Positions 14,839-26,186 of a stretch of 64,000 bases of DNA are shown piece after piece. Both the position numbers and the translations under genes were made by a program. This stretch comes from Ruditapes philippinarum (Eukaryota). Every line of letters starts with the position of its first letter. Position 1 is the first letter of the stretch. The notes beneath the pieces are model-generated. The model searched no databases, was not told the DNA's origin, and saw only the letters and a list, made by a program, of their open reading frames with translations. The stretch is taken from NCBI RefSeq assembly GCF_026571515.1, contig NW_026861405.1, forward strand, positions 62,001 through 126,000. The letters run 5' to 3'.

Positions 14839-15444
14839 TTATTTGGCCCATACTGGCTCATCATTTGGTGCGACTGTGGTAGGTGAAGGCGTTTGGCTTT
14901 CAGCAATACGTCTACCAGATGCTGTAAAGCCTACAGCGATTTGAATAGTTTTCTGCTTCCATACGTACAACCCCTGTGAGTCTTTTTGAGTGTCCTGAAT
15001 CAGCACAGACATGGCCTGTGTCACTGGAGTGCACTCTAATCCTTTGTTTGAACCAATGGCATAGGGACAGAGTGATTCTGCCTCAATAATGGTAACTGGC
15101 CATCTCCTTGGTTCATGTGTTACTTTGTAGTACCAGGGACAACTTGACCTTTTGTGTACCGGGTCGGATGCTCTTGTTGAAACTTCATCTGGACATACAA
15201 GATCGTTATTAAAGTCCTGCACACTGGCATCGGCAATTTCGTTTAAGGTTTTATTTTCCTTTAAGTTTTGATGTGATTCACTATTCATTTTAAACTCAAC
15301 GGTGTAATCTGACCGTTTATGCCTTTCCAAATCTTCTTGCAAACTCGACCCCGGTTGTTTATGGATCGGAACGCTCCACGTGTTCTGAACAAAAATTGCG
15401 CAGACGATAACAGCTTCTAACATCATAATGTGGTTAAAGAACAT
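14839..15444 (-). CDS. IL17: Interleukin-17 family secreted cytokine, atypical (lacks knot-ring cysteines), ~201 aa
   Basis: ATG lies directly after a tttcag acceptor (15445-15446) and is followed by a hydrophobic signal peptide (LEAVIVCAIFVQNTWS). IL-17 domain motifs are in the canonical order and spacing: RSSCPWYY, RRWPVTIIEA, ECTPVTQAMSVL, WKQKTIQIAVG. Confidence 0.8.
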   Translation of the reverse strand: MFFNHIMMLEAVIVCAIFVQNTWSVPIHKQPGSSLQEDLERHKRSDYTVEFKMNSESHQNLKENKTLNEIADASVQDFNNDLVCPDEVSTRASDPVHKRSSCPWYYKVTHEPRRWPVTIIEAESLCPYAIGSNKGLECTPVTQAMSVLIQDTQKDSQGLYVWKQKTIQIAVGFTASGRRIAESQTPSPTTVAPNDEPVWAK

Positions 15445-15601
15445 CTGAAATAAAGAAAAAAAATCTAATTTATAATTATATTTTGAGGTTTTATTTCCAA
15501 TTTTGATATTGTGCTTAAACTTCATTTATATATAAACTATATATGTAAGATTTAAAAACATTAAATGGAATAACATCCATATACAAATGTTAAACACTTA
15601 C

Positions 15602-15910
15602 AATTTTAAATATATATATAATTGTTCTATTGCTTTGTTTGATAGACAACGTTTGACTCTCTGTTCCTTATCGTAAAATGATACAGACAACTATGAACTA
15701 GACATATTTATTGGCGACTAGAGGGTTTTTCGAAAGCTAAAAATAGATAATTATATGAACGTCACTTAGCCAACCAGGAACAAGCATTTACCTCGGATGT
15801 AAACTCCCCCTACATCAACGATTGCTAATGATAACTAACCGTTATCTCACTTCCGTATGTAGATCATGTTGATTCAATATTAATACTTTTGTCAATTTAA
15901 TTTCCCCTAT
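15602..15910 (-). promoter_or_regulatory. Putative IL-17 non-coding first exon and proximal promoter
   Basis: GTAAGT donor at 15601-15596; Inr-like TCATTT at 15681-15676; TATA-like ATAAATA ~30 bp upstream (15711-15705). kB-like GGGTTTTTCG (15723) and GGGAGTTTAC (15808-15799), CRE half-site TGACGT (15764-15759), Ets core CGGAAGT (~15855-15849). Confidence 0.5.
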
Positions 15911-16285
15911 ACGTTACAATTTCAGGATGAAATACATGTATTATAAAATCGAAATACAATAACACTATTTCTTGCACTTGATGAACAATTGACATGTTGA
16001 ACAAAATCTGCAGCAAAAATTAGTCTATAAATTTCTTATATTGAACATGAAATAAGATAGACAACTTCAAGAGGTTTAAAGTAGGATTCAGTATAATTAT
16101 AAAAAAAAACCTAACCACAATATTTCATGTGATGATTTTTCTCTTGATGAGTGCATAATTTTTAAGAAGTATACTTGTAAGTAAAGCGAATCTTTGAATT
16201 ACCGAAGTAAAAAAAGACCACAACCATTAAATCATCTAATGTACCCCACAATTTTGTACTTTATAATAATTTCTTTGATGCAAAA

Positions 16286-16856
16286 TATAAATTTATAAGA
16301 TTATTATGAACTGACTGTTGCTGCCGTATAAATTTATAAGATATTATGAACTGACTGTTGCTGCCGTATAAATTTATAAAATTATTATGAACTGACTGTT
16401 GCTGCCGTATAAATTTATAAGATATTATGAACTGACTGTTGCTGCCGTATACATTTATAAGATTATTATGAACTGACTGTTGCTGCCGTATAAATTTATA
16501 AGATTATTATGAACTGACTGTTGCTGCCGTATAAATTTAATTTATAAGATTATTATGAACTGACTGTTGCTGCCGTATAAATTTATAAGATATTATGAAC
16601 TGACTGTTGCTGCCGTATAAGTTTATAAGATTATTATGAACTGACTGTTGCTGCCGTATAAGTTTATAAGATTATTATGAACTGACTGTTGCTGCCGTAT
16701 ATGTTTATAAGATTATTATGAACTGACTGTTGCTGCCGTATAAATTAATAAGATATTATGATCTGACTGTTGCTGCCGTATAAATTTATAAGATTATTAT
16801 GAACTGACTGTTGCTACCGTATAAATTTATAGGATATTATGAACTGACTGTTGCTA
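16286..16856. repeat. 40-41 bp minisatellite, ~14 copies
   Basis: Unit TATAAATTTATAAGATTATTATGAACTGACTGTTGCTGCCG; copies are nearly identical. Confidence 0.95.
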
Positions 16857-17229
16857 TAGGGGAAATGGAAGACTGTTGTCTTATATAAATTAATGAATGA
16901 GTTATAAATAAGAGACTTGCTTTGCACTGCCGAAAAATAGATTATTAATAAGAACTAGTTCTACGTATATTATACGTCTTGGAACTGATTACGGTTTCAC
17001 ATTTACTCGCATTTTTAAATTGATAACATATTTGGGTATAAAGATAAAATCTCTTATTTATCGTTTAAAATTAAAAACGCTAGTTTAAGTTTTCTACAGT
17101 GTTCGGTCTTTTTTGCCTTCTTTAATTTGGCAACAATGACACACTTGTTCGTTTACTATGACAACAGTGTACCTTAATATATACAAAACATATCAACATT
17201 AAATTTATACTTTTGCAAATGACCAGACA

Positions 17230-18400
17230 ACTTTCTATAATCACGCTTACCCGTTATCATGTACATTTTGTAGACCGTGGCTGGACAGCTGGGTGTTATG
17301 TTTGCCTTGCAGGGAGTTTCGTGACGTACTGAGGGCGAGTAGGCGTAATAATTTAATCTACGAAAGATGTGGTATTCGAGCATGCAATATTATAAGAAAT
17401 TGTCACTTTTAAACAATTTATTTAACCGTTAAGTAACATGAACTGATGGGCTGTGTTATAGCGATGGAGACAGACAAAGCGGTGAATATGAGCAAGTAAT
17501 GTGTTATAGCGCTGAAGATGGGGAAAAACGTGTAATAGCGAATGTGTTATAGCGCGGAAGATGGGGGGGGGGGGTATCTGTAAGAGCGCTGAATATGGGG
17601 GGAATGTTTTATAGCGCGGAAGATGGGAGAGAACGTGATATAACGTGAAGATGGGGGAAACATGTTATAGCGCGGGAGATGGGGGGAAACATGTTATAGC
17701 GCGGGAGATGGGGGAAAACATGTTATATCGCGGAAGATGGGGAAAACATGTTATAGCGCGGAAGATGGGGAAGGTAGGTGTTATAGCGCGGGAGATGGGG
17801 GAAAACGTGTTATAGCGCGGAAGATGGGGGAAAATATGTTATAGCGCTGGAGATCGGGAAAAACGTGTTAAAGCGCTGGAGATGGGGGAAAATGTGTTAT
17901 AGCGCGGAAGATGGGGAGAGGGAAACGTGTTATAGCGCGAAAGATGGGGGAACACATGTTATAGCGCGGAAGATGGAGGAACACATGTTATAGCGCGGAA
18001 GATGGGGAACACATGTTATAGCGCGGAAGATGGAGAACACATGTTATAGCGCGGAAGATGGGGGAACACATGTTATAGCGCGGGAGATGATGGAAAACGT
18101 GCTACTTTCTATATTCACGCTTACCCGTTATCATGTACATTTGGTAGACCGTGGCTGGACAGCTGGGTGTTATGTTTGCCTTGCAGGGAGTTTCGTGACG
18201 TACTGAGGGCGAGTAGGCGTAATAGTTCAATCTACGAAAGATGTGGTATTTGAGCATGCAATATTATAAGAAATTGTCACTTTTAAACAATTTATTTAAC
18301 CGTTAAGTAACATGAACTGATGTGCTGTGTTATAGCAATGGAGACGGACAAAGCGGTGAATATAAGCAAGTAATGTGTTATAGCGCTGAAGATTGGGGAA
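17230..18400. repeat. Tandem duplication (period ~874 bp) of a unique ~250-bp segment plus satellite start
   Basis: ACTTTCTATA.TCACGCTTACCCGTTATCATGTACATTT...GCAAGTAATGTGTTATAGCGCTGAAGA begins at both 17230 and 18104. Confidence 0.9.
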
Positions 18401-21290
18401 AACGTGTTATAGCGCGGGGGATGGAGAAGGTAGTTGTTATAGAGCGGGAGATGGGGGAATGTGTTATAGCGTGGAAGATGGGGGAAAACGTGATATAGCG
18501 TGGGAGATGAGGGAAAACATGTTATAGCGCGGGAGATGGGGGAAAACGTGATATAGCGTGGGAGATGAGGGAAAACATGTTATAGCGCTGGAGATGGGGG
18601 AAACATGTTATAGCGCGGAAGATGGGGGAAACGTGTTATAGCGCGGAAGATGGGAGAAAACGTGCTTTAGCGCAGGATATGATTCAAAACGTGCTATAGC
18701 GCAGGAGATGGGGAAGGAAGGTGTTAATGAGCGGAAGATGAGGGAATGTTTATAGCGCTGAAGATGGGGGAGGAATTTGTTACAGCGCGGTAGATAGGGG
18801 GAATGTGTTATAGCGCGGAAGATGGGTAAATGTGTAATAGCGAGGGAGATGGGAGAGGAATGTGTCATAGCGCTGAAGATGGGGGAGGGAGGAATGTGTT
18901 AAAGCGGGGAAGAGGGGGGAAAATGAGTTATAGCGCTGAAGATGGGGGAAGGAGGAATGTGTTATAGCTTGGAAGATGGGGAGGAATGTGTTATAGCGAG
19001 GAAGATGGGCAAGTAATGTGTTATAGCGCTGAAGATAGGGGAATGTGTTATAGCGCGGAAGATGGGTGAATGTGTTATAGCACAGGAATGTGTAATAGCG
19101 CGGAAGATGGGGGAATGTGTTATAGCGCGGAAGATGGGCAAGGGAAGTGTTATAGCACAGGAATGTGTAATAGCTCGGAAGATGGGTGAATGTGTTATAG
19201 CGCGGAAGATGGGTGAATGTGTTATAGCGCGGAAGATGGGCAAGGAATGTGTTATAGCACAGGAATGTGTAATAGCGCGGAAGATGGGTGAATGTGTTAT
19301 AGCGCGGAAGATGGGCAAGGGAAGTGTTATAGCACAGGAATGTGTAATAGCGCGGAAGATGGGGGAATGTGTTATAGCGCGGAAGATGGGTGAATGTGTT
19401 ATAGCGCGGAAGATGGGCAAGGAATGTGCTATAGCACAGGAAGGTGTAAAAGCGCGGAAGTAAAAGCGCGTTAGATGGGTGAATGTGTTATAGAGCGGGG
19501 TGGGAGAGGAATGTGTTATAGCGCGGAAGATGGGCAAGGAATGTGTTATAGCACAGGAATGTGTAATAGCGCTGAAAATGGGGGAAATATGTTACAGCGC
19601 GGAAGACAGAAGAATGTGTTATAGCGCGGTAGATGGGGAGGGGAATGTGCTATAGCGCGGAAGTATTGAGGAGGAATGTTTTATAGCGTGAAAGATGGGG
19701 GGAGGAATGTGTTTTAGCGCGGAAGATGGGGGAATGTGTTATAGCGCGGAAGAATTGGGGAGGAATGTTTTATAGCGTGGAAGAAGGGGGAGGAATGTAT
19801 TATAGCGCGGAAGATAGGGAAAAATGTGTTATAGTGCGGAAGAATTGGGGAGGAATGTGTTATAGCGCGGAAGATGGGGGGGGGAATGTGTCATAGTGCG
19901 GAAGATGGGGGAGGAATGTGTTATAGCGCGGACTGTTATAGCGCGGACGATGGGGGAGAAATATGTTATAGCGCGGAAGATGGGGGAGGAATGTGTTATA
20001 GCGCGGAAGAATTGGGGAGGAATGTTTTATAGCGCGGAAGATGGGGGAGGAATGTATTATAGCGCGGAAGATGGGGAGGAATGTGTCATAGTGCGGAAGA
20101 ATTGGGTAGGAATGTGTTATAGCGCGGAAGATTGGGGAGGAATGTGTCATAGCGCGGAAGATAGGGGAGGAATGTGTTATAACGCGGAAGATTGGGGAGG
20201 AATGTGTTATAGCGTTTAAGATCGGAGGATGTGTTATAGCGTGGAAGATGCGGGAGAAATGGGTTATAGTGCTGAAAATGGGGGAAAGGTTACAGCGCGG
20301 AAGATGGGGGTGTTATAGCGCGGTAGATGGGGAGGGGAATGTGCTATATCGCGAAAGAATTGGGGAGGAATGTGTTTTAGCGCGGAAAAAGGGGGAGAAA
20401 TGTGTTATAGCACGGAAGATGTGGACATGTGTTATAGAGCGGAAGAATTGGGGAGGAATGTATTATTCCGCTTAAGATAGGGGCGGAATGTGATATAGCG
20501 GGGAAGATGGGGGAGGAATGTGTAATAGCGCGGAAGATGGGGGAGCCATGTGTTATAGCGCTGAAGATGGGGGATGTGTTATAGCGTGGAAGATGGGGGA
20601 GGAATGAATTATAGTGCTGAAAATGGGGGAATGTGTTACAGCGTGAAGCGCGGAGATAGGGGGTGTGTTAAAGTGCGGTAGATGGGGAGGGTAATGTGCT
20701 ATAGCGCGTTAGAATTGGGGAGGAATGTTATATAGCGCGGAAGATGGGGGAAGAATGTGTTTTAGCGCGGAAGATGGGGGAGGAATGTGTTATAGCGCGG
20801 AAGATGAGGGAATGTGTTATAGCGCGGAAGATTGGCAAGGAATGTGTTATAGCGCGGAAGATGGGAAAGGAATGTGTTATAGCCCGGAAGAATCGGGGAG
20901 GAATGTTTTGTAGCGCGGAAGAATTGGGGAGGAATGTGTTACAGCGCGGAAGATTGGGGAGGAATGTGTCATAGTGCGGAAGATGGGCTAGGAATGTGTT
21001 ATAGCGCGGAAGATGGGGTTGGAATGTGTTATAGCGCGGAAGATGGGGAATGTGTTATAGTGCGGAAGATTGGCAAGGAATGTGTTATAGCGCGGAAGAT
21101 AGGGAAAGAATGTGTTACAGCGCGGAAGATTGGGGAGGAATTTGTCATAGTGCGGAAGATGGGCTAGGAATGTGTTATAGCGCGGAAGATGGGAAAGGAA
21201 TGTGTTATAGCGCGGAAGATGGGAAAGGAATGTGTTATAGCGCGGAATATGGGGAAGGAATGTGTTATAGCGCGGAAGATGGGGTTGGAT
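17450..21290. repeat. G-rich ~28-31 bp satellite array (~3.8 kb)
   Basis: Unit GGGGAGGAATGTGTTATAGCGCGGAAGAT repeated with sub-family variants; interrupted at 18104-18330 by the duplicated unique segment. Confidence 0.95.
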
Positions 21291-22749
21291 AAATATGGGT
21301 GTTACTATCATAGGCCCATACATTGTTTTTGACATAACTATGACCCTTTGTGAACTGAAAAAAAAACTCGTTAACGTTTATGATCCTATTAGGATTCCAA
21401 ATCTTAATTGTTTTGAGAAATAATTATGATGATGTTAAAGAAGTTACACTATCTTACTACCCATATATTTCAAGAAGGCAGAATATAAGTTTACAAAAGT
21501 TTGCCCTCGCTCCGAAAAAAGATATTCATCACAATAATAATAAAAGAGAAATTAACCACCAAACTTAATTAAAACAACAACAACAATACAAATAATTAAA
21601 AAAATATATATACATGTATATTTTTAAACATCTATAAAAAACATAAATAATTTTATAAATAAATACAATGTAGTTATTAGGAAGTCATTGGTATACTCAT
21701 TTTCATTCATTGAACTACAGTCACTCGTGACTAACACGTACAGATGTTAGCGTTAAAAGCTATTTTATGTAAGTAACAAAGTCTATATGTGGTATAGGTT
21801 AGTTGTGATTAATTTTAATACAAGTTGATCGTGCAAGGAACTGTCTTGTAACATGTACTTTGTACATAACTACTTTTACTAGTAACTTTGCTCTTGCTAT
21901 ACTGCATAAAATAAAATCCACATGATAACATAATTATAATGCATTTTAAGGGTTTAAGGGGTGGGGTACTTTTTTGTATTTTGTTCTTGAATTTTGAACG
22001 CGTTAACACTCCCGTCGATTCATTTTTTTAACAGGATAAATTCGTTTTACATAATTTGAGAACTGACTTAAACTAGTCACCATTGGGTTGAAAGTTAAAA
22101 AAATTTCTCATTGGTTTATCTTGCAACAACTGTTTATCCGTTGGCAAGTTTTAAATCATTTCTTTTTCGGAAGTAAGATTTGATTGTGCACCTCCATTCG
22201 TTGATAATTACAATATAACATTAACCATATTATTTTAGGTATAACAAAGTTGGCTGATAAGTTAGGTATATTTTCCTTGTTGGATGATTTATGTAGATAC
22301 TTGAATTCTTACATTATCGAATGACATAATCAATATATCTAACCATATCTTTATTGAATGTTCTACATTTTAAATAAAACATGGTTTAAATAAGATAATT
22401 GTTGTAACCAAAAACTTAATTTGTAGAGTAATTCATTTGGCTGACATTAATTTTATGACTAAGTTCTGATTCAATTGAAAAAATAGCAAAGCAAGTCGAA
22501 CAACGGTAGTCAAGAAACACAAAAATCAAATGCAATTCAAAACATCCGTGGTGTAAAAATTGAGCGCATTCAATAAAAACAACAATTAAAAAAGGAGTCA
22601 TGCGGGGATTCTAGATAGCAGTTTCACAAATATTAAATTCTGAAAGAATTAACAAAAAAAATTTGTAAGAAATTATAATTAATTGGAATACACGTTATAA
22701 CATCTACCCATTATAGTGGCTTCATAACTTACACTGTAGTATAAACACA

Positions 22750-22812
22750 TTACTCTTACTCATCGGTACGTGCACACCGTGGAGAGGCACAGGGCATCGA
22801 CAGAAGATATGG
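22750..22812 (-). mobile_element. Possible 3' terminus of an RTE-type LINE
   Basis: The minus strand reads GTCGATGCCCTGTGC (VDALC), then a GAGTAAGAGTAA tail, resembling RTE 3' ends. Confidence 0.3.
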
Positions 22813-23074
22813 AGCTTGGCTTAGCTTCGCTTCACAAAAACACGTTGACTGGTTAAGATCCTAGCGATTATTTAACAAAGAAGGCATCCTGGAGACCAAA
22901 CTACCACCAGTACTTAATTGGCTAATTGGCGAGTTAGCATTCTACGAACTAGCTGCCGATGTTCTGAGGAGTGGTCGTATAAACTAGACAGGGACGACCA
23001 GGCAGGAAAAGACGGCTTGAACGGTGGCGCCCTCTGTAGGCACATCAGCCCTTATCAAGGCTAACCTCCTCCAT

Positions 23075-23322
23075 TATTGTCACTTTAGTTCTAGGTGCTC
23101 AGTGACCTATATTTGGCTCAAAATAACTTCTTGGCTAATAGTCTGTCGAAATTGCACGGAGGTAAATTATTAAAACTTTATGCTTTAAAATTAACGGCAT
23201 GACTGGTGACATGTCCGGGGCAAAGGTTTCGTTCACACCACATCCATCCATCTATCCATCCGTACGTACGCACGTACGTACATACATTTCATTAATGTGT
23301 ATTGTATGGTGGTGACATATAA
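23075..23322. mobile_element. Degenerate Helentron/HINE-like element with (CATC)/(CGTA) microsatellite end
   Basis: GTGACCTATATTTGG core, a catccatccatc/cgtacgtacg microsatellite, then a short TGTATGGTGG..ATATAA terminal motif. Confidence 0.4.
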
Positions 23323-23833
23323 TAATGTCTTACCATAGACTTTTATAAAATTATATCTGGTGACTTTATGAATTTGTATTGTATTCGTCATGGATTTGTA
23401 TTGTGTTGTTATTGTTGTGCTAATTAGTTCTAAAGGCTTGTCATGAACTTGTATTGTATTCTTATTGTTGTGCTAATAAGTTTTAAAGGTTTGCCGTTAT
23501 ACTGAATTCTACTGTACGAGTACACAACTGTAAAATATATATTTGATAATACACAAATGCATAATCTCATTACTTTTTTTTTAATCATTGTGTTTAGTTA
23601 TTATAATGTCAAATCATAAATTTGTAAAATATTGTTGGTTAGTATTGTGTTGAATTTGTCATGAATTTGTGTCGTGTTGTGATTATTTTGTTGTGATAGT
23701 TATAAATGTGGTATCATTTCAATAAAAAAATACGGTCCAACATGAAAAAACATTTTAAAACGTTTCAGGTTATCTAGACATTTTATGGAAATTACTCTAA
23801 ATTATCGTGCAGTTGTTTGATTGGATACTACAT

Positions 23834-26186
23834 CGTCGCCTTATTCTAAAAATGTCCTATCTCCATTTTTACAAAAAATGAGATAACTGCACATTTTTTT
23901 AGTAATTAGTTTGTTCCCTATCTCCAAAACAAAACTTGTGAAGAATTTTACGTCATACTTTTGTAGATATAGCGGCTGTATTTTTGTTCTATGTCCAATG
24001 GAAAGCTTTGCTGTTTAGCCTTTTTTTCGTCGTATCTCCCAACACATGTAACACTTTTAGGCTAATCTTTCGTGCCAGCCAATCAAGTTGAAAAATATAT
24101 GGTCATGTGACCTGAAGGGGCCTGACAATATAATTGTTTTGTTCTAACTCCAAAGTGATAACAACAACAATCGTAATCTAAATCAGCCATGGCTAACTAA
24201 GGCAAGTAACAATTTTTAAAAAAATGGTTTCTGAAGCATGTAAGTAATATATTTTTAGCTTTCATACGTTTTATAAGTGAATTTATATTTTGTATTAGTA
24301 TTTGTTTCATAGTATTATCATTATTTATATATATTTCTCAAAGTTTCACAATCAACAAATAGTTTCGGATAACTATATTCGGAATATTCGTTATGAACTA
24401 TTTGGAACTATTTGGAGTATCGAACATTGTTGTTGTTTAATTGCTTAATGAATAATAATTTTGTCCATTTCAGGTCAGACTTACTTACATTATCAGATGT
24501 TGTCCTTACAGAAATGTTGTCTCTTAGAACATGTGACTGCAGTTAGCAGAACTTTCCACAAAACTTTGGAATTTTATATCAACAACATCAAGTCTGGTGG
24601 GGAAGTTTGACTTGCCATCATTTTTCAGATAAATCATTGTTTTCAAGTCTTAAAATATTACAAAATAAATAGATATTTAAATTCCCAATCGGGATCGGAA
24701 TACCACTGTCTTGTCAAAACATAGATTTTAAGTTTGCCCATGCGAGTTTCAGGTGTTTCTCCGGGTACAATGTCAATGATTATATTATTAGATAATAGCA
24801 GAATTCTTAAAGCAACAATACGGCAATGATCTAAAATGTTGCCGGCTCGGTTTTTTGATTTAGCACTGTTCAATATCTACGTTGTGCGACCAAAAACCAA
24901 TATGGGGGGATCGCAAAATTCACTGGATGATTAAAATCTTGAAAACGACGATTTTGCAATCTTGAAAGATTGTTAAGAACTTGAGCAGATATTTTTTTCA
25001 TACGTTGATATTAAAACCACAAACAACAATAATTGAGACTTTGAATGCATGTGGTATTGACTTTAATTGTGTGAATTAAAAAGAATTAATGGTAACATTT
25101 TAACATTGATAGAAACGATCGCAAATGTAAACTATGTATATATAACTCTATTGAATCAGAATACCACTTCTTTTATGTTGTCCAATTTATACTGTTATAA
25201 GAGAACCAAATATTTAGGAAACATTTTCATGGCCTACTATACAAAACTTTTCGGACTATATTGTCCACTAATAAAAAAAAGCTTATTCTTAAATGTGCTC
25301 ACTATGTTTCATAATGCATTTAAGTTGAGGCAACAGTCTCTTGAAGATGTAACTGCTTCTTAATTAGTTTCATTCTTGTTGCTCTTTTTGTTATATATTG
25401 TCTTATGATGTAATGTTTGTAACTATTTAACTTTGGCCATATTTTTCATGATACTCTGTTAATGGCCAAGGTAATGTTTATTTGCCGATTTTGCCAATAA
25501 AATGAAATGAAAATGAAATGATAATATAATTCTTATATCTGTATTATTTAATCACAATATTAGACATGGTTTACAATCATTTCATTTTTCATTATGGTTC
25601 AAAATATTTCAGTTTGTTTTAGCAAGCTTCCATTGACTTAAAAATTTTGTAAAATGTTTGTTTTTCTTTTTTTATGGCACAATTTTATATTGTTATTATC
25701 GAGAAAGGCCCACGTTGGAGATCACGTGAATGAATTTACACTTGACATAGTAATTTACGCAAGATAAAGTGATTCAGTGTCAGCGGTTCAACCACTCTGG
25801 CTGAAAATGTTTTTAGAATGTAAAAATCTACTAATATTCTATAGTAAAATTATTACTCTTAAAAATGCTAACTCAAAAAGATATTTACAATTTTAGCGTT
25901 ACTTTGTCATATCTCCGCAAACGTCATTTTTAGAGTAATTTTTTAATCTAAAAATAAACATTTTTGGTCTATCTCCAAATTTTTTTTTTAATTTTTACAA
26001 TTACTGCAAATTATAAAGGTAACTAATAACAAAGTGCTTTCATCACATGTTGACATCTATAATACCAATCCAGAAGTTCACACTGTTAGGAGTTATTAAA
26101 TAAAAGTTACAACGTCTTGAACCTTTAACCCCTTTTTCCCAAAAAAGAGGAAATTGTAGATACACCATTTTTAGAATAGGGCGACG
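23834..26186. mobile_element. Non-autonomous DNA transposon, ~30-bp TIRs, ACAT (or CA) TSD
   Basis: Left end CGTCGCCTTATTCTAAAAATGTCCTATCTCCA versus reverse-complemented right end CGTCGCCCTATTCTAAAAATGGTGTATCTACA. ACAT occurs on both flanks. No transposase ORF. Confidence 0.75.
25060..25520 (+). mobile_element. 5'-truncated LINE 3' end (CR1/L2 group) nested in the TIR element
   Basis: Degenerate IESEYHF..CCPIY..R.KYL zinc-knuckle-like C-terminus, followed by AATAAA and a (TGAAA)n tail at 25496-25520. Confidence 0.55.

Noticed and set aside
15445-15525. N-terminal 27 aa of the 228-aa ORF
   Set aside because: The segment lies in an AT-rich intron ending in tttcag; the signal peptide starts after it.
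16286-16856. CRISPR-like regular repeats (also 5352-6143, 17450-21290, 37862-38156)
   Set aside because: The units are contiguous with no unique spacers, there are no cas genes, and the context is eukaryotic.
18608-21335. Many repetitive ORFs (PIFRAITHS, MCYSAED, ECVIARKMG)
   Set aside because: These are translations of the satellite in several frames on both strands; there is no splice or domain support.
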